A model generated the notes under the pieces. It was not told the origin of the DNA and did not search any database. It was given only the letters and a program-made list of their open reading frames with translations. A stretch of 56,466 nt of DNA from Pseudomonadota bacterium (GTDB taxonomy: Bacteria > Pseudomonadota > Alphaproteobacteria > Sphingomonadales > Sphingomonadaceae): positions 1 through 56,466 of the forward strand of contig JBJOJQ010000001.1 of NCBI GenBank assembly GCA_046046525.1, in the 5' to 3' direction. Position 1 is the stretch's first letter. Every line of letters begins with the position of its first letter. Made by a program: the position numbers and the translations under genes. Below are positions 8,172 through 17,995 of the stretch, in pieces.

Positions 8172-11089
8172 CAGTCGCGCCCCTGCCATTCTTCCAGCCG
8201 CATCAGCTGGTCATAGTCGCCATAGGCATAATCGGGGTGCAGCTTTGCCTCAAAAGGCGCATCGCCCGTCAGCCAGCGCGCGGCGTGGCGTTTAAAAACC
8301 CCAACGATGGTCGCCACGAAATCATCAACGGGGATGCGATTTCCCTTGTCGCCCGCTGGCGTTTCGATTTTGCCGATCTCATCCTTGGCCTTTTGGAAGG
8401 TCCAATATTCAAACGCCTCGGCAGGCAAGGGCGCGACATCCTTAAAGCCGCCCTGTTCCGCGATATGGCCCAACAGGCCCAGCTGCACGGCAAGGCCCGC
8501 CTTGACCTGCCGGGTACTGGGCGCCTTGCCCGTTTTGTAATCGATAATTGCTATGCCACCCGGCGTGCGATCCAGCCGGTCGGCCCGGCCGACAACGGTG
8601 ATGCCATCAATTTCGACGTGGCCATCCACTTCGGCCTTGAATGGCGTGCGGCCATCGCTGCGATAGGCTGCCACCATGGCTTCCACCCAGTGCGCCGCTT
8701 CATCGAGCCGGGGTTGCCACAGTGTCCGGGTGACCGGGTGGACAGCCCCGCCTTCAAGCGCATGGCGCATCCGGGCAACCAACGCGCCTTCGGCATAGCC
8801 ATCAAGATTTGCCCAGTCTTCCAGCACCTTATGGATGACAGAGCCTTTCCAGGCAGCGCCGGGTTCTGCATCCACATCATCCAGCGCATAAAGCCGGAGC
8901 ATCGCCTTGGCATAAAAGGAATAGGGATCGGCGGCGAGCCGATCGACATCGGTCACAGAAATGGTGCGTGGCCGGGCCGCCACGGGTGGCGCGGGGCGCG
9001 GGCGCCGGGCGCGCTGCGGCGGGCCCTTCACCCCGTCAATGGCCCGCGCCAGCAGATCATAGCGGACAGGCGGTGGCGGCACATGGCCAATCATGGTTTC
9101 CAGCCGCAGCCAAAAGCGCGAGGCATTGACCGGCGCCCCCATATCGCGCCGGGCGCGTGACAACAGGACCGTGGGCGCCCCCAAAGCCCCGGCCAGATCA
9201 TGCGCGGACAGGCCGATCCGCCGTTCCAGACTGGGCAAACCAAGGCTGCGCCGCAGGGCTGGCGCCAGCCAGGGATCAGGCCGGGGCAAGGCCGGCCAGA
9301 CCCCTTCGTTCAACCCGGCGAGGATCATCAGATCCGCCGATTGCAACTTCGCCTCCAGCAAGCCCCAGATGAACATCCGGGGATGGCCACCACGGGCCGG
9401 GCGGCACAGGCTGTTATCGGCCAGATCACGCAACAACCGGGGCAGACTGGCCGGATCAATCAGCGCCGGACCGGCCTCTGCATGCGCCTGGACCGCGGCA
9501 AATAAATCAGCCAGCGACCGGCCAGCATCGCCCGCCCAAACCGCCTCACCGGCCAATGCCTCCAGCCCCTGACGCAGGGCTTCCAGCACAACAGCCAGCG
9601 GCTTTGGCCCATCACAGGCCTGTTCGATGGGGGTCAGGATCGGCACGACCTGCGCCCACCAGGCGCGCGCCGTCGCCCGGATCTGCGCTGTCCGCTTATC
9701 CCCTGTCTCCAGAAACCGCGTCACGCCGGTCAATGACGTAGCCGGGCGCGGCCCCCGCAAGGCCAGGTCCAGCGCCCGCGCGCCATCCAGCCAGGCGAGC
9801 CGCGCCGCACCTGATTGGACCAGCGGGTGCTTTAACAGCGCCAAAAGCGGAACCGGGGCAAAGCCTTCGGCGGCGGCCGTCGCGAGCGCAAGCAACAACA
9901 TGCCCGGCGGTGTCGCCGACAAGGGCCGCCCGGCGGAATCATCGGCCTCTATGCCCCAGCGCTTCAGATGCGCGCTCACCCTTTGGGCAAGGCCGCGATC
10001 CGGCGTCACCAAGGCCACGGTGCCGGGCCGGCCAATGGCATCGCGCATGGCCAGCGCAATCGCCTGTGCCTCATCCGCAGGCGTTGCATGTTCCATCGCA
10101 TAAACGCCCGACAGCCGCTTTTCCGAAGCGGGCAGATCAACCCATTTGTCGGTAAAGCGGGCGGGCGCGAGCGCATTTGAAATCGCACGGGACCGGTCGG
10201 GCGCGGCATCCACCGCGCTGCCATGCCGCCACGGCCGAACCTCAGCCCGGGCCACCCCCATGCCATTGAGGATTTGCCACAGATGAAATTGCGGATGGGT
10301 TTCCAGCGGCGGCGCGGCATCCGTGCCGCAAATCGCCTGCCATTCGGCATCCGGCATATGTTGATCCAGACCCGCCAGCACGACCTGCCCCTTGGGCAGA
10401 CGGGCGATGGTCTTCAAAAGCCGGGCCACTGCCGGCGCGCCGGTGCTGATCCCGGCCGCGATCACAAAGCCGGGCGGCGGCTGTTGCCGCCAGCGATCTG
10501 ACACGCGCCGCAGCAGCTGATTGCGCCGATCCGCCAGATCAATCTTGCCAAGTGCCCGCACTTCATCGGGCCAGCGATCCAGAATGCCGATCAACAGATG
10601 AAAGGCCCTGTCCCAATGCTCCGACAAAAGCTCTGCCGGCTTGGCATTGCGCAAATCGGCCAGCGATTTTTCTTCGACCAACAGCTGATCGATCACCCGC
10701 GCCAAATCTGCCGCAAGGCGCATCGCTTCGGCCGCATCCATGGGCTGGGTTTCGGTCAACAGCCGCGCCAGGATCAACTGACGGTGCAAAGGATCAATGG
10801 CGGGCGGCAATGGTGCGCCCTCAACAGGATCAAGCGCCGGGCCGGTGCGGTCATCCAATTCCGGGTCACCAATCGGGACCAGCCGCGGCATCAACAGACC
10901 GCCTTCGGCCCGCCGCACAAAGGCATCGCTGATCGCCTGCACCGCGCGATTATTGGGCACCAGGATAATGCCCTGCGCCAGCGCCATCGGGTCTGTCCCG
11001 TGCTGCGCCAAAATGCCCGAAACAAGCGCGTCAGCAAAGGCGCGATGGGCGGGAATGGTGTAAACGGCCGGATCGCGCCGTTCAGTCAT
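8171..11089 (-). CDS. addB: Double-strand break repair protein AddB
   Basis: VYTIPAHRAFADAL N-terminus, ALVTPDR, GLNEGVWP, PD-(D/E)xK nuclease GRADRLD...IIDYKTG; adjacent to addA. Start at MTERRDP, overlapping the murU end. Confidence 0.95.
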   Translation of the reverse strand: MTERRDPAVYTIPAHRAFADALVSGILAQHGTDPMALAQGIILVPNNRAVQAISDAFVRRAEGGLLMPRLVPIGDPELDDRTGPALDPVEGAPLPPAIDPLHRQLILARLLTETQPMDAAEAMRLAADLARVIDQLLVEEKSLADLRNAKPAELLSEHWDRAFHLLIGILDRWPDEVRALGKIDLADRRNQLLRRVSDRWRQQPPPGFVIAAGISTGAPAVARLLKTIARLPKGQVVLAGLDQHMPDAEWQAICGTDAAPPLETHPQFHLWQILNGMGVARAEVRPWRHGSAVDAAPDRSRAISNALAPARFTDKWVDLPASEKRLSGVYAMEHATPADEAQAIALAMRDAIGRPGTVALVTPDRGLAQRVSAHLKRWGIEADDSAGRPLSATPPGMLLLALATAAAEGFAPVPLLALLKHPLVQSGAARLAWLDGARALDLALRGPRPATSLTGVTRFLETGDKRTAQIRATARAWWAQVVPILTPIEQACDGPKPLAVVLEALRQGLEALAGEAVWAGDAGRSLADLFAAVQAHAEAGPALIDPASLPRLLRDLADNSLCRPARGGHPRMFIWGLLEAKLQSADLMILAGLNEGVWPALPRPDPWLAPALRRSLGLPSLERRIGLSAHDLAGALGAPTVLLSRARRDMGAPVNASRFWLRLETMIGHVPPPPVRYDLLARAIDGVKGPPQRARRPRPAPPVAARPRTISVTDVDRLAADPYSFYAKAMLRLYALDDVDAEPGAAWKGSVIHKVLEDWANLDGYAEGALVARMRHALEGGAVHPVTRTLWQPRLDEAAHWVEAMVAAYRSDGRTPFKAEVDGHVEIDGITVVGRADRLDRTPGGIAIIDYKTGKAPSTRQVKAGLAVQLGLLGHIAEQGGFKDVAPLPAEAFEYWTFQKAKDEIGKIETPAGDKGNRIPVDDFVATIVGVFKRHAARWLTGDAPFEAKLHPDYAYGDYDQLMRLEEWQGRD

Positions 11090-11843
11090 GGGCGAGAACC
11101 GCCTCCGTTGCGGGAATGGCATCGGGCGTGCCGACATCAAACCACAGCCCCTGATGCACCATGCCGAAACACCGGCCTTCGGCGATCGCACGGTCCCAGA
11201 AGATATTGGTTGAAAAGGGGCCGTCCGGCGCATCGGTCAGCAGCCTTTTGGACAGCATCTGAATGCCGGTATAGACAAAGGGGGCCACCCGATCGGGCTT
11301 GCGCCGCGACAGCCGCCCCAGCGCATCCATATGAAAATCGCCCTGCCCCGCATTGTTATGGGCCCGCGCCAACGGCACGAGCAACAGCAGCGCGTCCATG
11401 GCCCCATCGTCCCACCGCCCCGCCAAAAGGCGCAGCGCGTTGACCGGGCCATCGGTCCATAAATTATCGCTGTTGATGCACAAAAAGGGATCGGCATCGA
11501 TCAGATGCTTGGCCTTCATCAGGCCGCCACCCGTTTCCAAAAGCTGGGCACGTTCATCCGAAATGACGATATCCAGACCGGCCGGGCGCTGCGCGACATG
11601 GGCTTCGACCATATCCGCCAGATAATGGACATTGACCACCGCCTTGGCGACGCCGGCGGCCTGCAACCGGTCCAGACAATGGTCAAGCAGCGGCTTGCCC
11701 GCCACCGCGACCAGTGGCTTGGGCCGTGTTGCCGTTAACGGCCGCATCCGGTTGCCAAGGCCCGCGGCCATAACCATGGCGGTGCGCGGGGGATCTGCCC
11801 CCAGATCCGGCGCCGAACCGGGCGACACGCGGTCCTCGGTCAT
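11082..11843 (-). CDS. murU: Nucleotidyltransferase (MurNAc-1-phosphate uridylyltransferase MurU-like)
   Basis: MAAGLGNRMRPLT..PKPL, LETGGG, WFDVGTP; directly downstream of amgK. Confidence 0.85.
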   Translation of the reverse strand: MTEDRVSPGSAPDLGADPPRTAMVMAAGLGNRMRPLTATRPKPLVAVAGKPLLDHCLDRLQAAGVAKAVVNVHYLADMVEAHVAQRPAGLDIVISDERAQLLETGGGLMKAKHLIDADPFLCINSDNLWTDGPVNALRLLAGRWDDGAMDALLLLVPLARAHNNAGQGDFHMDALGRLSRRKPDRVAPFVYTGIQMLSKRLLTDAPDGPFSTNIFWDRAIAEGRCFGMVHQGLWFDVGTPDAIPATEAVLAHD

Positions 11844-12826
11844 GCCCGTGGCTCATGCCAAAAGGCCGCACGCTGTTCGGCCGGAACATGGGCGTCGAAC
11901 CACGCCTTGACCGGGGCAAGGCTGGGCTGCGCCAAATTGCGTTCCAAAAGGCCCCACATGCGCGGCTGAAAACTGGTGTAATGCGGCTTGCCGTCGCGCT
12001 GCCACAGGCGGACGAACACGCCCAAAATGCGCGTATTGCGTTGCGCCCCAAGCGCCCAATATGCCTGTTCAAACGCCTCTGTCTGGCCTGTTTGCGCCAT
12101 ATAGCGGGCCAATTGTGCAGCCTCGACCGCCGGGCTGACATCGCGGCGTGCATCTTCCAACATCGACACAAGATCATAAGCCGGGTGGCCGATCAACGCG
12201 TCCTGAAAATCAAGCAGACCAAAGCGCCGGACCCCGGCCTCTCCCGCCAAAAGCATGATGTTTTCGGCGTGATAATCGCGCAGTTCTGTCACTGTCTGCC
12301 CCTGCGCGGCAATGGGCGTCAACACCGCCCGCCAGGCGTCCAGAAAACTGTCCTTATCGACGGCGAGGCCCACGGCGGGGCAATACCAATCGGTAAACAG
12401 GCAGATTTCATCGAGCCATTGGTCCAGCCCATGGCGTTTCAGCCCCGGTGGCGGGGCATGGCGGTGCAGATCCATCAGGACATCAACGACGCCCGCGTAA
12501 ATCTGCGGCTCCAGCGCCAGATCGGCATCCACGGTTTCACGCATGCGCACCGAACCGAAATCTTCGATCAGCAGCAAACCTTGATCCAGATCGCGATGCA
12601 GAATCTGCGGCGCGCGCAGACCAATGCCCGTCAAATATTCCGCGACATGAATGAACGGTCGGGGGTCTTCATGCGGGGGCGGCGCATCCATCAGGACGGC
12701 GCAGCGATCCCCATCGACAATCCGGAAATAACGCCGAAAAGACGCATCGCCCGCCAATGGCAGGATCTCTGCGCCGGACCAGCCAGCGGCATCAAGAAAG
12801 GCCGGGGCGCCCGGCGGCGGGGTCAT
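11840..12826 (-). CDS. amgK: APH-family phosphotransferase (anomeric MurNAc/GlcNAc kinase AmgK-like)
   Basis: LAGDASFRRYFR, LMDAPP, RDYHAEN, LDFQDA, YDLVS; tsaE-amgK-murU order; ATGA overlap with tsaE. Confidence 0.85.
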   Translation of the reverse strand: MTPPPGAPAFLDAAGWSGAEILPLAGDASFRRYFRIVDGDRCAVLMDAPPPHEDPRPFIHVAEYLTGIGLRAPQILHRDLDQGLLLIEDFGSVRMRETVDADLALEPQIYAGVVDVLMDLHRHAPPPGLKRHGLDQWLDEICLFTDWYCPAVGLAVDKDSFLDAWRAVLTPIAAQGQTVTELRDYHAENIMLLAGEAGVRRFGLLDFQDALIGHPAYDLVSMLEDARRDVSPAVEAAQLARYMAQTGQTEAFEQAYWALGAQRNTRILGVFVRLWQRDGKPHYTSFQPRMWGLLERNLAQPSLAPVKAWFDAHVPAEQRAAFWHEPRA

Positions 12827-13278
12827 GATAAGGGCCATCGGTCTTTCCAAGACGGCGGCACGGTCGCTGTCAAGCGGCGCGGACCTTCCGGCGGCAGCGA
12901 GATGTGGAGATGCAGCGTTTGTGGCCACAGCCAGCCCAGCCGTTCCGGCCATTCAACGATCAAGGCACCATCGTGCAATGCCTCATCCAGACCCAGTTCC
13001 TCGGCCTCTTCGGGATGGTCCAGCCGATACAGATCGACATGCCAAATGGGCAGGCGCACCTGCGGCGGCGCATAGGGAATAACCAGCGCAAAGCTGGGGC
13101 TGGGGGCGTCTTCATCAAGGCCAAGCGCGGCCAAAATCCCGCGCGCAAGGCTGGTTTTCCCGGCCCCCAAATCGCCCGAAAGCGCCAGCACATCGCCAGG
13201 CCGCAACTTGGCCGCCAAAGCATGACCGGCATCATGCGTCGCTTGGGCATCGGGCAAAAGGATCGTGGCTGTTGTCAT
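12823..13278 (-). CDS. tsaE: tRNA threonylcarbamoyladenosine biosynthesis ATPase TsaE
   Basis: LSGDLGAGKT, SPSF, HVDLYRL, VEWPE. Confidence 0.96.
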   Translation of the reverse strand: MTTATILLPDAQATHDAGHALAAKLRPGDVLALSGDLGAGKTSLARGILAALGLDEDAPSPSFALVIPYAPPQVRLPIWHVDLYRLDHPEEAEELGLDEALHDGALIVEWPERLGWLWPQTLHLHISLPPEGPRRLTATVPPSWKDRWPLS

Positions 13279-15638
13279 GCGCGGGGCAACTCTATCTGCA
13301 CAAGGGTCCCCGCGCCAAGCTCTGAAATCAGGGTCAGTGTCCCGCCATGGCCTTCAACATATTGTTTCGCCAAGGGAAGGCCAAGGCCAAGCGCACGATC
13401 CCCCTCCCCCGCGCCATCCTGACCCGCGCGACTAAACCGATCCAGCGCACGGGCCTGATCTGCCTCATCCATGCCCGGCCCATCATCGGACACAATCATC
13501 ACGACACGGTCCTCATCGCCACGGGCATGGATCAAAACACGCCCATGATCCGGCGTATAGGCCAAGGCATTGGCCAGAATCTGGGCAAAGGCCTGCCCAA
13601 GGCGGCGCATATCGCCACTGATAACCCCCAGCGTTTCTGCAATATCGGTCGCGAGCGTGATCTGCTTGGCCGCAATTTGGGGCGCGGCGTCATCAAGGCA
13701 CGCCAACACCATCGCCCGCAGATCCACTGGCTTGCGATCCATCGGCAAGGCGCCAGCATCGCCCTGTGTCAGATCCAGCACATTATCGATCAAAATGCCC
13801 AGCCGCGCGGCTGAATCCAAAATGGCGGCGGTATAGTCCAGCGCTTGCGGACCAAGTGGCCCCGCCAGACCGCCCTGCAACATTTCGGCAAAGCCCTGAA
13901 TAGAGGTCAATGGCGTGCGCAGTTCATAACTCATATTCGCGACAAAGGCGGTTTTGACGCGGTCGGCCTCTTCCAGCGCCAAGGCACGTTCGCGCAAGAC
14001 CTGTTCCACCTGACGGCTATCGGTGATGTCGAGCATCGTGAACAGCGCCGCCCCATCGGGCAAAGGAACGGCTGCAAATTCATAATGGCGCCCATTTTTA
14101 AGCGCGAACCGGCCCGTCCGCTGCTTGCGCTGGACCGTGGCTGAACGCACGAGATCCCGCATCAGCACGGCCTGTTCTGGATGCGACAGGCGGGGTGCAA
14201 CCGCCTCTGCCACGGCATCCACGCGCGGATGGGTGACCAGAAAATCCTCGTCAAACGCCCAGACATCCCGAAACCGGGTATTCCATGTGCTCAGGCGCCC
14301 GCTGGCTTCAAAAACACCAATCGCTTCAAAAAGATTATCCAGTGTGGCGCGCCGGACTCGCAACAATGTATCGCGCGCAATCGCCAGTTGCGCCTGTTCT
14401 GTTCGGTCCTCCAAGATCATCAGCAGCCCGCCATCGGGCAAAGGCTGCGCCACCAGCCGCAAATGTTCCCCGCCGGGCAGGACCCAGCCCTCCTCTATCG
14501 CGCCGCCGGCATGGGTAAACCATTGCCGCCGTTCCGCCTTCCAGGCCGGAAAGTCGCGCGTTTCGGGCAGCCGCCGCGTTTCCCGCATACGATCGAGCAG
14601 GCGGTCAAAATCCGGGCGTTCGGCCACCCATTCCGGCTTGAGCGCAAAGAGTTGCTGAAAGGGCCGGTTGCAAAACACAAGGCCCCGATCGGGGGCAAAT
14701 TGCGCCACCGCCGCCGACAAACGGTCCAGCGTGTCGCGTTGCGTCTCGGCAAATCGCCGAAAGGCTGCCCTTGCCCGTTCTTCATCCTCCACATCAAGGG
14801 CATAGCCAGCAACACCAGCCGCCCCCAATGGCACGTCCACAATCCGAATGGCCCGGCGTTCACCATTGATGGTGACCGGCGCCACGCGCGCGACGGGCCG
14901 TCCGCTTGCCCGCGCTTCGGCCGCGCTCGACATGGCGGTGATGCGATCGGCGCTGTCCGCCAGTTCCAGCCCACGGCGCACGGCATCATCCGGGCCATGT
15001 GCTTCGACAGCGGCCACATAGGCTGAATTGACCATGGCCAGCCGCAGATCAGGCGTCCGGTGCCACATTGGGAAGGGCGCGGCCTCCAGCAAGCCAGAGA
15101 CACGGGCATGGGCCGCCGCCATCTGCGCAGCCTCTTGCCGCAGCTGGGCCAATTCTGCCTGTGTTTCCGTGACGTCAAAGATCCAGACGACAACCGATTG
15201 CCGGCCGGCAACACGGCTGGGCGCCGGCGCCCCGCGGACCAGCAAGGTGCGGGCGCCACCCTGGGGCACCAAAGTGCGCACAAAGGGCCGGGCCGCCTTG
15301 CGCGCGGCCTCTATATCTGCCTGAAGCGCCGCCAGATCCTCAACCGATAGGCCCCATTCCCCCATCGATAAATCAGCGATTTTATGGGGTGTGCGGGGCA
15401 AGCCCAGCCAGGCCGTCAAACGTGGCTGGCATTCAAGGCGCCCATTGGCCTGAACAATGACCGGACTTGCAGGCCCGCCATCCAGCAAAATGGAAAGTCG
15501 TTCAGCCTGATCCGATATCTGGGCCGACCGGCGTTGCATGCCAAGGCCCCGGGCGAGCGCCCATGCGCTTGCGGCCAGCCAAAGGGCCATGACGGCACCG
15601 GCCAGTACAACGGCGGTTGACGTCAGCGTGACCACCAA
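13275..15638 (-). CDS. divL: Multi-PAS atypical sensor kinase, DivL-like (Tyr at the H-box position)
   Basis: N-terminal TM helix, several PAS-like regions, H-box FVANMSYELRTPLTSI (Y instead of H), HATPase DDGPGM and ALGLGL; located between ahcY and tsaE. Exact start uncertain. Confidence 0.85.
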   Translation of the reverse strand: MVVTLTSTAVVLAGAVMALWLAASAWALARGLGMQRRSAQISDQAERLSILLDGGPASPVIVQANGRLECQPRLTAWLGLPRTPHKIADLSMGEWGLSVEDLAALQADIEAARKAARPFVRTLVPQGGARTLLVRGAPAPSRVAGRQSVVVWIFDVTETQAELAQLRQEAAQMAAAHARVSGLLEAAPFPMWHRTPDLRLAMVNSAYVAAVEAHGPDDAVRRGLELADSADRITAMSSAAEARASGRPVARVAPVTINGERRAIRIVDVPLGAAGVAGYALDVEDEERARAAFRRFAETQRDTLDRLSAAVAQFAPDRGLVFCNRPFQQLFALKPEWVAERPDFDRLLDRMRETRRLPETRDFPAWKAERRQWFTHAGGAIEEGWVLPGGEHLRLVAQPLPDGGLLMILEDRTEQAQLAIARDTLLRVRRATLDNLFEAIGVFEASGRLSTWNTRFRDVWAFDEDFLVTHPRVDAVAEAVAPRLSHPEQAVLMRDLVRSATVQRKQRTGRFALKNGRHYEFAAVPLPDGAALFTMLDITDSRQVEQVLRERALALEEADRVKTAFVANMSYELRTPLTSIQGFAEMLQGGLAGPLGPQALDYTAAILDSAARLGILIDNVLDLTQGDAGALPMDRKPVDLRAMVLACLDDAAPQIAAKQITLATDIAETLGVISGDMRRLGQAFAQILANALAYTPDHGRVLIHARGDEDRVVMIVSDDGPGMDEADQARALDRFSRAGQDGAGEGDRALGLGLPLAKQYVEGHGGTLTLISELGAGTLVQIELPRA

Positions 15639-15724
15639 ATTTACGCAAAGAGGCCCGACAACATGTCGGACCTCTTACGAAAATCAACGGCGGAATGAAA
15701 CCGCCATCTGCGGCAGCCCGCCGA

Positions 15725-17113
15725 TCAATAGCGATAATGATCGGGCTTGAACGGGCCTTGTTCGCCAACGCCAATATAGGCCGCCTGCTTTGGTGTCAGC
15801 TTGGACAGCTTCACCCCCAGCTTTTCCAGATGCAGCGCTGCGACCTTTTCGTCGAGGTGCTTGGGCAGGACGTAAACCTTGTTTTCATACTGGCTGTTCT
15901 TGGTGAACAGCTCAATCTGCGCCAGCACCTGATTGGTGAACGATGACGACATGACGAACGAGGGGTGCCCCGTTGCACAGCCCAGATTGACGAGACGACC
16001 CTTGGCAAGAATGATGATCTTCTTGCCATCGGGAAACTCAACCAGATCGGTGCCCGGCTTGATTTCATCCCATTTGTAATTGGACAGGGCCGAAATCTGG
16101 ATCTCGCTGTCGAAATGGCCGATGTTGCAGACGATCGACATGGGCTTCATGCCCTTCATGTGCTCTGCGGTGATGACATCTTCATTGCCGGTCGCGGTGA
16201 CGAAAATATCAGCGCGTTCAACAGCTTCTTCCATGGTGACGACTTCATAGCCTTCCATTGCGGCTTGCAGCGCGCAAATCGGATCAATTTCCGTCACCAA
16301 AACACGCGCGCCGCCCTGACGCAGCGAGGCAGCCGACCCCTTGCCGACATCGCCAAAGCCCGCGACGCAGGCGACCTTGCCTGCCAACATCACGTCAGTT
16401 GCGCGACGGATGGCATCGACAAGCGATTCCTTGCAGCCATAGAGATTGTCGAACTTTGACTTGGTGACGCTGTCATTCACGTTGATCGCCGGGAAGGGCA
16501 GCTTGCCGTCCTTGGCGATCTGATACAGGCGATGCACGCCCGTGGTGGTTTCTTCCGACACGCCCTTGATATGGGCCACGGACATGGTGAGATAGCCCGG
16601 CTTGGCCTTGACGAACGCCTTAAGCGCGCGCTGAAATTCAACTTCTTCAGCATTGCCGGGTTCGGGCAGGCTTTCCCCCGCCTCAATCCGCGCGCCCCAC
16701 AGCGCAAACATGGTGGCATCGCCGCCATCATCGAGGATCATGTTGGTCGTCTGGTCACCCCAGTCAAAAATGCGGCCGACATAATCCCAATAATCGGCCA
16801 GGCTTTCGCCCTTGACCGCAAAAACGGGGATGCCCGCCGCCGCAATGGCCGCCGCCGCATGATCCTGCGTCGAAAAGATATTGCAGGTCGCCCAGCGGAC
16901 TTCTGCGCCCAGATCAACCAGCGTTTCGATAAGAACCGCCGTCTGGATCGTCATGTGCAGCGAACCGGTGATCCGCGCGCCCTTCAGCGGCTTGGATGCA
17001 CCATATTCGGCACGCAAAGCCATCAGGCCCGGCATTTCGGTTTCTGCAATTGCAATTTCCTTGCGACCGAAATCGGCAAGGCTCAGGTCGGCGACGACAT
17101 AATCATGGGCCAC
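15725..17113 (-). CDS. ahcY: Adenosylhomocysteinase
   Basis: [54 protein letters not shown]-terminal KPDHYRY. GTG 17113 has a GGAGA SD (track uses ATG 17131). Confidence 0.97.
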   Translation of the reverse strand: MAHDYVVADLSLADFGRKEIAIAETEMPGLMALRAEYGASKPLKGARITGSLHMTIQTAVLIETLVDLGAEVRWATCNIFSTQDHAAAAIAAAGIPVFAVKGESLADYWDYVGRIFDWGDQTTNMILDDGGDATMFALWGARIEAGESLPEPGNAEEVEFQRALKAFVKAKPGYLTMSVAHIKGVSEETTTGVHRLYQIAKDGKLPFPAINVNDSVTKSKFDNLYGCKESLVDAIRRATDVMLAGKVACVAGFGDVGKGSAASLRQGGARVLVTEIDPICALQAAMEGYEVVTMEEAVERADIFVTATGNEDVITAEHMKGMKPMSIVCNIGHFDSEIQISALSNYKWDEIKPGTDLVEFPDGKKIIILAKGRLVNLGCATGHPSFVMSSSFTNQVLAQIELFTKNSQYENKVYVLPKHLDEKVAALHLEKLGVKLSKLTPKQAAYIGVGEQGPFKPDHYRY

Positions 17114-17182
17114 GGGAAAAGTCTCCGGCATCTGTGTGGAATGATGCGGCCCTAGCCGTTAGCAAGCGAGAACGCAATCCAT

Positions 17183-17202
17183 ATATAAAGATGTCTTTAT
17201 AT
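17183..17202. promoter_or_regulatory. SahR-type operator upstream of ahcY
   Basis: Palindrome ATATAAAG-ATGT-CTTTATAT ~70 nt upstream of ahcY; resembles the SahR (ArsR/methyltransferase) SAM-cycle repressor motif. Confidence 0.8.
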
Positions 17203-17223
17203 GCGTTGCTGCATCGACAGATA

Positions 17224-17781
17224 TCAGGCGTGCCCGCTGGCTGCGGACAATAAGCGCGGATCAATCCCGCTGGCTTCAAAGGCCCGTCGCCAGCGATCGG
17301 GCGTTGGCGCATCAAAGATCAGGCCAAGATCTGCCGGGGCCACGTGCCAGCCGTGCCGAAGCAGTTCTTCGTCCAATTGGCCGGCGCCCCAGCCGGCATA
17401 GCCCAAGGCCACAAGCCAGCGGGATGGCCCCGCCCCGCGCGCAATGGCTTTCAACGCATCCTGCGTGCTGGTCAGGGCAAAGGCACCCGCCTGTATCGTC
17501 CCTTCCCCGCCCCAATCGGTTGAATGCAAGACAAAGCCGCGCGCCGGTTCAACCGGGCCGCCAAAATGGACCGGGACGTCCGGCGCCACGCCGGGATCAA
17601 TGCCCAGCTGGTCCAGCAGCTTATGCAGGCTGATGCCGTCCAAAACATGACCAATGCCGATGCCCAGCGCGCCCGCCTCATCATGCGCGCACATCACAAT
17701 CACCGCATGGTCAAAGCGCACGTCCCCAATGCCCGGCATCGCCAGCAACACTTGGCCTGAAAGGAATCGCGCGTCTGTCAT
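17224..17781 (-). CDS. YqgE/AlgH family protein
   Basis: LLAMPGIGDVRF, FGGPVEPARGFVLHS, LGYAGWGAGQL..E...W, C-terminal SGHA. Confidence 0.93.
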   Translation of the reverse strand: MTDARFLSGQVLLAMPGIGDVRFDHAVIVMCAHDEAGALGIGIGHVLDGISLHKLLDQLGIDPGVAPDVPVHFGGPVEPARGFVLHSTDWGGEGTIQAGAFALTSTQDALKAIARGAGPSRWLVALGYAGWGAGQLDEELLRHGWHVAPADLGLIFDAPTPDRWRRAFEASGIDPRLLSAASGHA

Positions 17782-17821
17782 GCCATGGCTCTACCCAAAT
17801 GTGACCGCCGCGAAAACCTCA

Positions 17822-17860
17822 CAAAAAATGGCCCACCACCGCCGTAACAGTGGTGGGCCA
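17822..17860 (-). terminator. Strong intrinsic terminator
   Basis: Minus strand TGGCCCACCACTGT-TACG-GCGGTGGTGGGCCA-TTTTTTGT: 14-bp stem (two G.U pairs), UACG loop, U6 tail. Confidence 0.9.
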
Positions 17861-17990
17861 ATGGGATCGGCCAAAGGCCAATCCGGTCCACTCCGACGCC
17901 AGGAACAGGCACCCAGCATCTTGCCAAAGACCTGATCAATCATCGCGCCGCGGGGGGGGGGGAGGGCGCTGGGATTGGCGATCCGGCAAA
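17822..17990 (-). ncRNA. Candidate EcfG-dependent small RNA with a C-rich loop
   Basis: Bounded by a consensus EcfG promoter (17996-18020) and an intrinsic terminator. Contains GCGCC-[CUC11GC]-GGCGC and GGATTGGCC-TTT-GGCCGATCC hairpins; no credible ORF. 5' end inferred. Confidence 0.65.
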
Positions 17991-17995
17991 GAAAA

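Noticed and set aside
17952-17973. G-quadruplex or phase-variation tract at the G11 run
   Set aside because: It is not inside a CDS or a promoter spacer, and is more simply explained as the C-rich loop of the minus-strand RNA.
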